NCBI GenBank assembly: GCA_944372465.1
Contig: CALVZG010000034.1
Location: forward strand, 8,832 to 72,831
Origin: an uncultured Clostridia bacterium
GTDB lineage: Bacteria; Bacillota; Clostridia; Christensenellales; UBA1242
Length of the DNA: 64,000 nucleotides
Direction of reading: 5' to 3'
Part shown: positions 1-12,000 of the stretch, piece after piece
How positions within the stretch are numbered: the stretch's first letter is position 1
Layout of the letters: each line of letters opens with the position of its first letter
The notes under the pieces: generated by a model
Databases searched by the model: none
Told to the model about the DNA's origin: nothing
Seen by the model: the letters and a program-made list of their open reading frames with translations, nothing else
Position numbers and translations under genes: made by a program

Positions 1-305
1 TTTTCCCCTCTATCTATCATTGAAATAACCCCTATTGGATAACAACGAACTAAAGATAATCTGGCCAAAGGTTGAGAACATAGCACAAATACATCTAGAG
101 GGTCGCCATCTTCGCTATATGTCAATGGAATAAAGCCATAATTCATGGGATAATTTGTGCTTGTATAAAGTACTCTATCCATCCTTAACATTCCTGTATC
201 TTTATCAAGTTCATATTTTGTTTTATCACCCTGCTGAATTTCTATACACGCAATAAAATCTTTTGGTTTTATACGCTCTGGGCTTATTTCTTTCCAAATA
301 TTCAT
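1..305 (-). CDS. ppa: inorganic pyrophosphatase (family I), N-terminal part only; the gene runs off the left edge
   Basis: Absent from the ORF track because it is truncated. Reverse-strand ATG at 305-303 follows a GAGGGG RBS. Translation MNIWKEISPERIKPKDF..KYELDKDTGMLRMDRVLYTSTNYPMNYGFIP..DGDPLDVFVL..VRCYPIGVISMIDRGE matches the soluble PPase core. Confidence 0.85.
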   Translation of the reverse strand, partial: MNIWKEISPERIKPKDFIACIEIQQGDKTKYELDKDTGMLRMDRVLYTSTNYPMNYGFIPLTYSEDGDPLDVFVLCSQPLARLSLVRCYPIGVISMIDRGE

Positions 306-594
306 TTCCCCTCTCTTTTACTTTACTGATTTTTCTTCAATAAATCTTCTATTAAATCTTCTAAAAATTATTTTATTATTGTTTAAAAATTTATATTTTT
401 ATTATCATTTATTATTTTATCTATTATCCTTTAATTTAAATCAACAATTCATTAAACTTACTCTTTCTTTGTTTTTTATCATATTCTTGTTTATAAGAAT
501 TTTATCATCTTAATAGTTGGTTGTCAAACAGATTTTTATATTTATTTAACACCTTCTTTTATTTTTTCATAAATATATTTAAAAAGGAGAATTT

Positions 595-1629
595 ATGGCA
601 AACGAAGATTTTATTATTGGTGCTAATGACGAACACGGCGTCAATCCCCCTACGGCTGGGAAAAGGACGCCTTTTATACCACAACTAAATAGGCAAATTT
701 ATGAAAATGAATTTAATAGAGCTGCTAAAAATAAATTTATTGAGGCTTGTATGCGTCAAGATTTTTCTGTCTTTGATGTTAAACCTGAATTTCAAGATAT
801 TTCTATTTCACAACGCATTAGAAGAATCAATGCACAAAATTTGACTCTTTTAGTAACTTTTGCTTATAACGCTTTTGGTGAAGAATTTAATTCTGCTTCT
901 GGGCTTGAAGTTTATTATTCTACTTCCAATCCTAAACCTTCTCAAAGTAGGCAACTTGCCGAAGATTTATATAATCAATTAATTGAAGGAACAAACCAAA
1001 ATGGTAGAGGTGTGAAAACCCTTGATGTAGGGGTACTTTCATCTGTAAATTGTGTTTCTGCTCTTATAGAAGCGGGTTTTATGACAAATTTAAGAGAAGC
1101 CCGTCTTATGATTAATCCTATCTTCGTAACTGAAGTTGGAGAAGAGGCTTGTCATGGCGTTTGCGACTATCTAAATGTTACATATATCCCGCGAAATGAC
1201 TTATCAATCTATCCTCTCTTGCGTCAAGGAAGCAGTGGAAATTTTGTGTATCTTTTGCAGTTTATTCTTAATAATGATTATGGTTATAATCTTGATATTG
1301 ATGGCATTTTGGGTAATAGGACTCTTTCAGCAGTAAAAGATTTCCAAAATGTAAATTCTTTAACTGTTGATGGGCTCGTTGGCAATAATACTTGGAAAAC
1401 TTTATTAACTTTACCATCTTATCCTCTTTTAAGACTTAATTACAGAGGGGCTTATGTTAAATTCTTGCAACAACTGCTTGAAAGCAATCTTTATCCTGTC
1501 GGTAATATTGATGGTATCTTTGGTTCAAAAACTGCTAATGCTGTTCGTGCTTTTCAATCAGCAAATAATCTTTCAGTTGATGGTATTGTTGGACCTAATA
1601 CTTGGAATGCTTTAACTAATTTACAATAA
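595..1629 (+). CDS. N-acetylmuramoyl-L-alanine amidase (Amidase_3-like) with three PG_binding_1-type repeats
   Basis: From the ORF track, with an AAGGAG RBS upstream. The catalytic-type N-terminal half (..ALIEAGFMTNLREA..) is followed by three repeats of the LDIDGILGNRTLSAVKDFQ..LTVDGLVGNNTW type. No signal peptide is visible. Confidence 0.8.
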   Translation: MANEDFIIGANDEHGVNPPTAGKRTPFIPQLNRQIYENEFNRAAKNKFIEACMRQDFSVFDVKPEFQDISISQRIRRINAQNLTLLVTFAYNAFGEEFNSASGLEVYYSTSNPKPSQSRQLAEDLYNQLIEGTNQNGRGVKTLDVGVLSSVNCVSALIEAGFMTNLREARLMINPIFVTEVGEEACHGVCDYLNVTYIPRNDLSIYPLLRQGSSGNFVYLLQFILNNDYGYNLDIDGILGNRTLSAVKDFQNVNSLTVDGLVGNNTWKTLLTLPSYPLLRLNYRGAYVKFLQQLLESNLYPVGNIDGIFGSKTANAVRAFQSANNLSVDGIVGPNTWNALTNLQ

Positions 1630-2106
1630 TTTAAAAATTAAACAAAAATAAAGTACATTTATATTTAAAGTAAACCTCTTAAAGATGTCTACCTTTTGGG
1701 GTTCACTTCAATATAGGGGTTACCCTATATTCTCATGTGCTTTATTTTTATAATCAATTTCATTTTACATTCTTTCTATTAAATATATCTTTTAATCACT
1801 TTTTATTCCATATATTTTATTATCTTGTTTGTTTTTTGTGCATATCAAGCTATTACACTAGTTACATTACACCTCCATTCCCATAACTTTTTCTAACTTT
1901 TTTACACATTTTTTTATCCCGTCAACAAAAATTTGTAAATAAATTTTTAAATGTTTTTGTACTACTGTTTTAGTTTTTTAACATTAATTCTAACTTAAAC
2001 ACATTTGTTAAAGTAATGGATATTTGAAACAAAATATTATTCTTTTTTTTACTTAATCAACAAAAACAATTTAAATCGTTTAAAAAACATTAATTTGTAA
2101 TAAAAT

Positions 2107-3165
2107 TTAAAATCTTTTAATAATGTTTAACTTTTTATCTAAAATCAAAATTGGGTAATTACTTCCAACATATATTAGCTCTTGTTTATTATCTATTGGG
2201 CAAAGTGCATTGGTAGTAACCATAGATAGTGCAAGTTCAAGATTTAAATCTTTTTCTAAAACTAACTTTTTAATTGTATTTAAAAGTGTTGAAGGCGTTT
2301 CTTTCTCTTTTAATTTTTTTTCAATGCTTAATATTCCTAAATCTGATGAAATAGAAATTTTTGAAGAATTAATTGCTCCTAATTTTATACTATCTAACAA
2401 ATCATTAAATCTAGTGTCATAATTTCCATCAAAAGCAGTAAAATCTAAATAAACACCCTTGTTTGCATATTCTAATATCCTTTTATAATATTTTTGAGCA
2501 TGTGTAAGTTTAAACAACGAATAAGGAACTTTTGTTTCTTGGACTATTTTATCAATCCAATGTAAATTATCTAATTTCCCTAAATTTATATTTTCTATAT
2601 TTGGTTTTTCGCCTTTTGGAAATGGGTGGTCTAGATGAATATGAACTTGAACATTTTTCTTTGCTTTAACACCTGCCTCATATACATTAATCACATCTTC
2701 TTTTAATTTTTCATAAGAAAGATTTGGTTTTGGCCTATATGGTGTGTACAATGCTGTTTTAATGCCTACAACAAATTTATTCTTAATTATATATTTTGAT
2801 GAATCGTATATGCAATTTTTTGAACCTGCCAAACAATACGAATTTAAATTATATAAATTTCTTAATTCGTTTGTTTTATTAATTAATTGTTTAGTATAGG
2901 TTTCATCATATTCGTTAGCCAAAACTCCAACAACACAACCAACTCCAGAACTTATAATACCTTGTGGTTCGTAGCAAGATGTATAGGTAATATGTTCGTG
3001 CCCATCAACAAAGCATGGGCAAAGTATTTTATTTTTGCAGTCAAAAATTTTACATTTATTTTTAATGTTTTTATCAATCTTAATAATAAATCCATTATCA
3101 ATTAATATATCAATAATACCAATGTGTTTTGGTGAATATAAATCACAATTTTTAAGTAATAACAT
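2107..3165 (-). CDS. amidohydrolase-superfamily protein (isoaspartyl-dipeptidase-like)
   Basis: The N-terminus LKNCDLYSP..IDILIDNGFI..CPCFVDGHEHI has the beta-sandwich plus HxH metal motif of the amidohydrolase fold. A later ..VQVHIHLD.. segment fits a second metal ligand region. Confidence 0.5.
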   Translation of the reverse strand: MLLLKNCDLYSPKHIGIIDILIDNGFIIKIDKNIKNKCKIFDCKNKILCPCFVDGHEHITYTSCYEPQGIISSGVGCVVGVLANEYDETYTKQLINKTNELRNLYNLNSYCLAGSKNCIYDSSKYIIKNKFVVGIKTALYTPYRPKPNLSYEKLKEDVINVYEAGVKAKKNVQVHIHLDHPFPKGEKPNIENINLGKLDNLHWIDKIVQETKVPYSLFKLTHAQKYYKRILEYANKGVYLDFTAFDGNYDTRFNDLLDSIKLGAINSSKISISSDLGILSIEKKLKEKETPSTLLNTIKKLVLEKDLNLELALSMVTTNALCPIDNKQELIYVGSNYPILILDKKLNIIKRF

Positions 3166-3273
3166 AAAACTCCTTTAAATTTAGATTTTTATATCATATC
3201 ATATTTTTATATTGTTACAATAGTATTAAAAAATATATAAAATAAAACAGCAAGTTTAATTTAACTAAATTTT

Positions 3274-3364
3274 TGGCGGAGACGGTGGGATTCGAACCCA
3301 CGCGCCGATTCCTCGACAAACGCATTTCGAGTGCGTCCCGTTATGACCTCTTCGGTACATCTCC
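3274..3364 (-). tRNA. tRNA-Ser (anticodon CGA), class II with long variable arm, CCA encoded
   Basis: Reverse complement is GGAGATGTACCGAAGAGGTCATAACGGGACGCACTCGAAATGCGTTTGTCGAGGAATCGGCGCGTGGGTTCGAATCCCACCGTCTCCGCCA. It has a 7-bp acceptor, anticodon stem ACGCA/TGCGT with loop CTCGAAA, variable stem GTCGA/TCGGC, and T arm GTGGG-TTCGAAT-CCCAC. Confidence 0.9.
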
Positions 3365-3596
3365 ATATTAATTATTGTTTTTTATAATTTTTTTAAATTT
3401 TAATTATTTTTTTATATTTTATTTATTCTTTTTATTATTTTATATGTTCTTTATTTTTACATTACTTTACGACTTTTCTCTTTTAGATTATCACAATTTT
3501 CTTATTATATCAACTAATTTCTTTAATTTTATTTTGTTTTATTTTGTTTTTTGAATATAATAATTTATACAAATTTTAACCATAAAGGATATTTTT

Positions 3597-4526
3597 ATGA
3601 AAAAATACAAAGTAATTATTGATACCGACCCCGGAGTAGATGATTCTGCTTGTCTTGTTTTTGCCTTCTTTGATAAAAAACTCGACATTAAACTTTTAAC
3701 TACAGTTTCTGGTAATGTTAATATAAAATATGTTACAAGAAATCTTCTTCATCTTCTTGATAAATTTAATTTAGATTATCCTGTTGCTGTTGGAAGTGAT
3801 AAACCTTTATGTCGAGAACCTAAATATGCTGAAGATGTCCATTCTGTTATGGGCATGGGTGGATATATCCCTCCAGAAAAAGTTAATCACAAACCTCTTG
3901 AAGAAGATGCAATCGAGGCAATGTATAGGACTTTAAAAGAAGGCAATGGAGATATTGCAATTATTGCTCTTGGCCCTCAAACAAATATTGGAAAACTTTT
4001 ATTACAACACCCTGATATCATTCCTAAAATACCTAAAATAATTTTTATGGGTGGTTCTCCATATGGTATTAAGGGTTTTACTGAACATATTTCTTTTAAT
4101 ATCTCTTCTGACCCAGAGGCTTTTAAAATTGTGCTTGAAAGCAAAATTCCATTAGTAATGATACCTTATGATATGGGAAGAAACGAGGCATATTTGACTG
4201 AAGAATTTGTAAATAATTTAAAAGAAATTAATGATGTTGGCAAATTTTTATTCCAAATGTATAGCACTTACTGGGAACCAAAATTTAAAGACAAAAGAAT
4301 TGCCACTAATGATACTTGTGCCTATCTTTATCTCGTATATCCTCACCTTTTTACTTGCAAAAAGATTGAAGTAAGTGTAGATACAAACAAGCAACCTGGA
4401 AAAACTTTAGTTAAATTCGATAAAAAAGGTCATATTCTTTTAACAGTAAAAATAAAACGAAAAAAATTCTTAAAATTTTATTTAAATCAAATAAAAAAGT
4501 TAAATAATATAAAATTTAATAATTAA
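3597..4526 (+). CDS. nucleoside hydrolase (inosine/uridine-preferring IUNH family)
   Basis: N-terminal fingerprint KVIIDTDPGVDDS, matching the DxDxxxDD motif of this family. The length of about 310 aa fits the family. Confidence 0.85.
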   Translation: MKKYKVIIDTDPGVDDSACLVFAFFDKKLDIKLLTTVSGNVNIKYVTRNLLHLLDKFNLDYPVAVGSDKPLCREPKYAEDVHSVMGMGGYIPPEKVNHKPLEEDAIEAMYRTLKEGNGDIAIIALGPQTNIGKLLLQHPDIIPKIPKIIFMGGSPYGIKGFTEHISFNISSDPEAFKIVLESKIPLVMIPYDMGRNEAYLTEEFVNNLKEINDVGKFLFQMYSTYWEPKFKDKRIATNDTCAYLYLVYPHLFTCKKIEVSVDTNKQPGKTLVKFDKKGHILLTVKIKRKKFLKFYLNQIKKLNNIKFNN

Positions 4527-4552
4527 AAATACAGGCAATAGCCTGTATTTTT
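4527..4552 (+). terminator. rho-independent terminator of the nucleoside hydrolase gene
   Basis: Hairpin AAATACAGGC-AATA-GCCTGTATTT followed by T residues, starting immediately after the stop codon. Confidence 0.75.
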
Positions 4553-4706
4553 AATCTATATAATTTTTCAGTAAATTTTTATTTTTTTAATAAAGTTTTG
4601 ATATTTTTAATAAAATTATATTATTTTTAATAAATTTTTATCATTTTTTATATTGATTATTTTTATTTTTTATTTATTTAATATTATTTAATTTTTTAAT
4701 TATTTT

Positions 4707-5789
4707 TTAACCTTTATTTTTTAACAAATTTTTAAAAAATTTATCATTATAGATAACATTTTTATCATTAGGTTTTATTTCTTTAGACAATTTATGATAT
4801 AAAAATGAATTTTCTATATCTCCTATTTTATAATAACATACGCATAATTGCAGTGCTGGTAAAAAATTATAACAATCTGTATTTACAAAGCCTCCACTCT
4901 CAATATTTGGGTTTGATTGTAAAGCCTCTTTATACCAATAAATAGCCTCTTTTATCTTTCTTTCTCCTTCAAATATTCTTCCTATTTCATACAAGATTTC
5001 TCCACGAGGGACTCCATAAATAAAAGAACCAAAAAGTGCAGTTAACGAATTATTTATTTCCCCTTTTCTTTGATAACATTTTGCAAGATTTAAACATGCT
5101 TCAATATTATTTTCTTTCCAACCTTTGCCTTCTGATAAAAATATTGAAAATTGATGTATTGCCTCATCAATAAGATTATTAAAATATAGTTCCCTTGCAT
5201 AGTAAAATTGTTGACGAGGAGAGAATTTTTTCCCATCTTGTATCATTTTTTTATATATATTTAAATTTCTATCTGTAAATGGTTTATTTTTTTTATTATG
5301 ATATACTACAATATCTTCTCTAAATAATATTTTCCCGTTTGGCGTTATTACTTCATGTATAGGGTCTTGCCAGCGTAAGTTTGGACTGTTTCTTATAATT
5401 CTTTCTCGTGAAAATTCAAAAAGTGGAGTGAAATTTTCATCAAAAGATGTTACATATTTACACATCATGCAATCACATTCTTCACCGTATTCTTTCCATT
5501 CTTTTATCTTTTTTACCGTTTCATCTAGCAAAATATCATCTGCATCTAACCACATATTATATTCACTAGAAGATTTATCAAATGAAAAATTTCTTGCTTT
5601 CGAAAAATCATATTCCCATTGATAGTCAAAAATCTTGTCTGTGTATTTTTTTGCTATTTCTTTTGTTTTGTCTATTGAACCTGTATCTACTATTATTATT
5701 TCGTCAAAGCAATCCTTGACTGATGATAGGCAATTACCTAAACATGCCTCTTCATCTTTTACAATCATACAAAGTGCCAAACTTTTCAT
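4707..5789 (-). CDS. family-2 (GT-A) glycosyltransferase with C-terminal TPR-like helical repeats
   Basis: N-terminus LCMIVKDEE..CL.SV..CFDEIIIVDTGSIDKT..ARNFSF and DxD motif WLDADDIL. The C-terminal half has TPR-like repeats (AKCYQRKGEINNS.., EAIYWYKEALQ.., CVCYYKIGDIENS..). Confidence 0.75.
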   Translation of the reverse strand: MKSLALCMIVKDEEACLGNCLSSVKDCFDEIIIVDTGSIDKTKEIAKKYTDKIFDYQWEYDFSKARNFSFDKSSSEYNMWLDADDILLDETVKKIKEWKEYGEECDCMMCKYVTSFDENFTPLFEFSRERIIRNSPNLRWQDPIHEVITPNGKILFREDIVVYHNKKNKPFTDRNLNIYKKMIQDGKKFSPRQQFYYARELYFNNLIDEAIHQFSIFLSEGKGWKENNIEACLNLAKCYQRKGEINNSLTALFGSFIYGVPRGEILYEIGRIFEGERKIKEAIYWYKEALQSNPNIESGGFVNTDCYNFLPALQLCVCYYKIGDIENSFLYHKLSKEIKPNDKNVIYNDKFFKNLLKNKG

Positions 5790-6056
5790 AAATACCTCTG
5801 AAACTTTATATGATTTTTTTATTAATTTTGATAAAAAAATATTAAAAATTCATCTAAATTATGAATATTTTTATATTTTTTTCAATATATTATTAATTTA
5901 TTTATTTATCAACTAATTTTTTTGATTATTTTTTTCTTTAATGCAAATATTAATATATATATTTATATATATAATCTTATATATTTCGTCAAATTATTTT
6001 GATTTTTTCCTCTGCTATGATAAAATCATAATATACAAATTTAAAAGAGGTGTTGT

Positions 6057-9000
6057 ATGTTTAATGTCAAGAAATTATTTAATTCTTTAATTATCTCATT
6101 TATTGTTTTAGGCTTTCTATCTATTGTGTTTTTCCCTATCAATAGAAATCTTTCAATGAATGCAGAGGCTGAAGCTCCTACATATCAAGAAATTACAAAT
6201 TCTTACCCAAACTATCTTAATATAGATAAAACTTCTCCTTCGGGATATGTTGATGATATTATATTCCTTATGCAAGGTGGTTCTAGCGGTAGTCAAGTAA
6301 ATATTTCTATTGCTTCAAATGGTAAAATAACTAATACAAATCCTACCAATGAGGAAGGTCTTGCTGAAAAAAACTATGCTTATATCCCTAGCCCTACTAA
6401 TGATGAAAACAATCCTCAAGAATATTATTACTTTAGATTTTCTAATAGTATGTCATTGTATTATAATCTTACTAATTCTCAAATTCAAAGTGGTTTAACT
6501 GGGACTAATTTAATGGAAGGACAATCTATTACTAATTATGTCTCTGAAAATAATGATGACGGCGAAACTGCTTTTACAATCTCTGGGTATGGGGTAACTC
6601 CTCAAAAACTTGAAGTGAATTTTGCTCTTGACAACAACATTGAAAATGACGCTTCTTTTACTGAAAATAATATTGTTTTAAAACAAGAAGGTATTTACAC
6701 ACTTGTTATTAATGTAAATTATTATTATACAAATAATGGTGGTATTACTTTTACCCCTGCAACTGAAACTATCTATTATACATTTATGGTTTTTAACTCT
6801 GACACTTATTTTAATAGTACCACAGGGCTTCCTAATATTACCCCTTCTGCTAATATTCAACAATCTTCACTCACCTCTTCTGATACTTTCTCTAGATATT
6901 ATTTCTATAACTACTCTTTTGCTGGCGATTCTAGCACTCCTGTTAATGCCTTACCTGATTTTACTTACAACCCTGACTTATATCAAATAACTATATCTTA
7001 TACTGATATAAATCAAAATTCTTATCAAAGCAGTATTATTTATAGCAACAATCAATTTTCTCAAATTGATGAGAATGGAAATATAATTGATGAAGAAAAT
7101 TATTTTGTATATCCTTATATGATTGATGGAGAAGGCAAACTTGTATTTTTAGATATTGGTTATTATGATTTGTCTTTCCAATACCTTTATAAATCTATAA
7201 GTAATGGACAAGAAATTATCTATGAACTTCCTCTTTCTGAAAGACTTGACAGTTCGATTCTTCAAAATAAAAATCAAAGATTATTTATCTATGGTTATCA
7301 AGCTGTCTATTCAGACCAATCAAATATTAACACTCAAACAAATCAGCCTGAAACTGTTGAACTTAAAACTTTTAATTTTGATAATCTTGTTTATGAAAAT
7401 AATGCTGACTTAACTAGTCAAATTAATAATTTTATTTCTAATAACAGTGCTTCTTATGCCAATTTAGCAGATTATGTTGATGATGAAAACCCTACTAGCC
7501 CTTATGCTTTCTCTAGTGAAGAATTAAAAAATGCCACTCTTGATTACTTAAACACATCAAATCCAAATGAACTTATTCAGCCTGTATCTACTAATCAAAC
7601 ACCTATAAAATTCTTGACAAATTCTAAAAATATTCTTGAGCAAAGTTATATCTATACACTTTCTACAAATTCTAAAACTGAAGGTGATGGGCAAGTTACA
7701 ACTTATTATGAAATTACTTCAACAAACAATTTTGAGGGATTTAATCAAAATAATCCAGGCACTTATTTATACATAATTCAATATACATTTGATAACTATT
7801 TATCAGAATCAGGCACTTTGCAAAGTTCTTATTATCATTATCAAATTTTCTTCTTTGAAGTTACCAATTCTATACCTTCAGTTACTATTCTTGATAGTGA
7901 TTTTAACGAAATTTATGCATCAGGCTTTACAAATCAAAGTGTTTATCTTCTTAATGATTCTCAAAACAATGTCTATGATGCAGAGGTTACAATTACTTTA
8001 TCAGCATTTAATTATAATACAGGTTATTACTTCTTTGAAAATCAAAACATAACTGACCTTGAAAGTTTTGGTATTTATTATAAACAATTTGAGCAAGCAG
8101 GAAGTGAAAGCGAAAACTATCTTAAATATAATGAAAATGTTGCAGGTAAATATGGCATTTTAATTGAAAATACAAATATTTATGCTAATGCAAAATTTAC
8201 TGTTAAGATTACTTCTGCAAATTCAGATATCCCTAGTATTAGAACTTTCACTATTGATACAAATGAAATTAGTGGAATTTCTGCAAGAAATGTTTCCGTT
8301 TCTACAAGTACCACTTATAAATTAGGCAATAACTTGTCTTCTTATAATACAAATCAACCTGTTGTATTTTCTTGGAATGAAAAAGCAAGTGGGGCTAGCA
8401 CTTATGGTTTTGTAAAATATATCCCTATTGTTGCTATCAATTATTACTCTTCACAAACAAGTTCGGCTACTATTTCACAATTACTTGATTATTGGGTTCA
8501 ACAAGGTGTTATTCCTGTATCTTATAAATTTAATATAAGTGGGGCTTCTTCGTGGACTGAATATAAGAACTCTCTTGCATTTACTTCGACTATTGATGCC
8601 ACTTATGTAAAATCTAGTGCTGGTTTCTATATTCTTGAAGTCTATGATCAGGCTGGAAATTCTAGTTTTGAAATATATTTAATTGATGATACCTCACCTC
8701 TATTCTTGCTTCGTACTTCTTTTAATGATGAAAATAGACAAATTATGAGCAATAATCAAAGCATTGCTGTGCCAGAGTCTGGTACAAGAATGTGGATTGA
8801 GTGGGCCGATAATAAAGCCATTTATCTTGATTATGACCTCTCTAATTATCTAAATATTTCTCCTTACGCTTATACTTTGAATTATTCTGAAGCAAATTCT
8901 AACCTTTCTAACATTCTTAATCAATTCTTCAATATTAATAATTCTGACTTATTGCGTGTATCCAATATTAGTATTCCTACAATTAACTCATCTACTGACG

Positions 9001-12000
9001 AAGAACAAATTATCACAGGAATTTCTACTTATAATGGTAACTATCTTGTCGTTGATATAGATGATGTAAGTTATATAAAAGACACCTCTTCTAATAATTA
9101 TTCACGCTATCAAGGTATTAATAATTATGAAATTATCTTCATTGATGAAAATGACCAAGCAATTGAAGGTACTTATAAAATACTTATAAGAGATTCTTCT
9201 AACACTTATAGTTCAGGTAATGAAGAATATGATTTTCTAAATAATCCTAGTGCTCACCTAACCTTTAATGTTACATCTGATGACTCTAAACTTGCCGTTT
9301 ATAGAGGTAACAATGGAGAGCAACTTGCATGGGCTAGTTATTCTTTATCTGGAACTCTTAACTATTATGAATCTGATGGTGAGCAAATTTATACACATCT
9401 TACAAGTATGGATGGAGTGGAACTTATTCAAAGTGATTTGACTTATAGATTTGCTTATTATACTCCTATCAATGCAGATGAAAATATTTATATTTCTTTT
9501 ATTCCTCTTGCTAACAATGGTTCTACATTACAATCTGTTAGATTAACTTATTACCCTTATACAAAAACATATACTGTCATTGACGGAATATATTATTGGT
9601 ATTATGATTTAGATTATGAGAATAAACAAGTTATTGATTTATATAATTATAATAATAATGTTTCTTATGATGCAGGAGAAGTTGTAACTCAAGATATTTT
9701 ACTCGGTAGCGGAAGCACTCTCCTTGCTGGTAGATATGTCATTGAAAGACAATATCTAGATGATAACGATATTAATAGATATGATTACTTTAAGCGTACA
9801 ATTACTTTTGATGTAGACAATTATGAACTTATTTCTCCTCTTGAATCGGTAAATAATGGAGTTGATTCTTCTCTTGAAAGTATCGTTGGTGGGGATATTA
9901 TTCTAAGTATGTATAGTGGCGAAGGAAATTCAAATATTCAAGTGTCTTTCCCAAGTTACAATTCTTCTACAGGTCTTAATTCTAACTCTTTCTATACACA
10001 AGAAAGTTTTACTAATGAAGATACTATCCCTACTTTTGCTGTGCAAGGCAATAAACTTCCTATGAGTTTATATATACCTAAATATAAATATACTATTAAT
10101 TCTTATTATAATGAAACCTCAAATAGTTATGAAGTAAATTATAACAATAATCTCTCTTTTTATGGCAATACCTATTATGAACTTGGCTCTGACAACTTAT
10201 GGCATGTTTATTCTGAAGGTATTGAAATTGTCGAACCTTTTACTAATGAAATTGATGCTTATAATTATGTCTATAGTAATACTTCTATTACTGAATATGA
10301 AATTTCTGTAAAAGTTCAGGCAAATGTTACTCAAAATGGTGTTAGCGTTACAAAATATTATTATTCAAATGGTAGTGATACAGATGGATATTTAAATCTT
10401 TATGAAACTTCTTCTAATGGTGTTATCCCTGATGATGCCTCACCTGCCGAGCCATTCTATTTACAAGGTAGTTATATAGTTACTATTTATCAATCTAGCA
10501 ATGACCCTCAAAGTTCTTTCTATTCTTTCTATAAATTTGGCTTTGAAATTACATCTCAAGAACCTCAATTTAGTATTATAAATGCTGATGGATATGAACT
10601 GAATGAAACTTCTGTTAATACTTATTATTCTAACTCTGACACTATTACTATTCAATGGGAAGTTCCTACTAGCCAATATGAAGCTAAAATAAATGAAAGT
10701 TTTGATTATATTACAATAAATAGTTCTCAAGCCGTTACTCATAGTGAAATTTTTGCTAATGGGAATACTAGATATTTTACTATTGATTGCTCAAATCTTA
10801 TTACATCTACTAATTCTTATTTATCTATAACTATGGAATATGAAGGTCATAATGATAGTTATTATAAACGAACTACTAAAACTATCTATTTTGATAGATC
10901 TGCTCCTATGGCTAATCTTCAATATTTAATGACAAATACTGAGAATGCAACTAATTTATTTACTAAAAATTATCAAGAAATCAATATGAGAACTTATCAA
11001 GATTATAATGGAAATGAAGTTGTAATTTCAGCATCAAATTACGACCAAATAAATAATATGAGTTATTCGTTCTCTACCAGCACTGGCTATTTTAAATACT
11101 TTAGTTATAATGTAAATACTGATTTCTTTAACAACATTCTCGTAAATACTTTACAAAATGCTAGCAATTATCGTTATGACACTCAATATATCTATTATGA
11201 GGAGATTCCTTCTATTGACTCTTATACTCAAGTAGATAAAAATTCTTTCTCACAAAGCAATTATTATGAACTTACTACTTCAGGCGCAGATGATTTGAAA
11301 TGTGGATATTATGAAATTGTGGAAATGGATTATGCTGGAAATATGACCGTTTATGTTGTGTATTTAATTGATTCCTCTTTCTCTGATGACGAAAATGTTT
11401 CTAACAATGCCCTCGTATTCACTAATGCTTTACATAGTGAACCTCAAGTTGTTACTAATGATCAAATTATAGATGGATTTAATATTTATTCAAGAAGTGG
11501 ATTTGAACTTCAAGAATTAAACTATATGTCTGACCCATGGAGTATGGTCTATATTCAACTTTCTGGACAAAGTTCAGTTCGATATATGGCTTCTCCTTGG
11601 CTTGAAGATGGTTATGTATATAAAATAACTATAAATTCTTCTGGTATTGCCTTTGAACAGATTGCACTTACTTCAATTTTTGATAATGTTGAATCATCTA
11701 GCAATAAACATACTATAGTTTTTACCGATAGAATTAATGGGTTATCTTATAACACCTACCTTTCTATAATGGATGCTTCAATTTCTACTCAAAAAGTAGA
11801 AGACCCTAACCATACTTCTGCTATTCTTAACATTTCTGTTCCAACTCTTGAGCAGTATCAAAGTACAACAACTAGTTTTGTTTTCCCTACTAAAATTTCA
11901 ATTTATCAATATAATCCAAATTCTGTTGAGGGTGATGGATATGAACTTATTATGGTTGCTAATCAAAATCCTTATGGCACATGGTTACCAGATGAAGAAT

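Noticed and set aside
1862-1876. Strong GGAGGTG followed by an ATG-TAA start-stop mini-ORF on the minus strand
   Set aside because: The SD-to-ATG spacing is only 2-4 nt, too short for initiation. It is most likely fortuitous.
4553-4706. Repeated ATTTTTAATAAA strings as a tandem repeat or binding-site array
   Set aside because: The three loosely spaced copies fall within an A/T-only spacer. They cannot be distinguished from compositional background without statistics.
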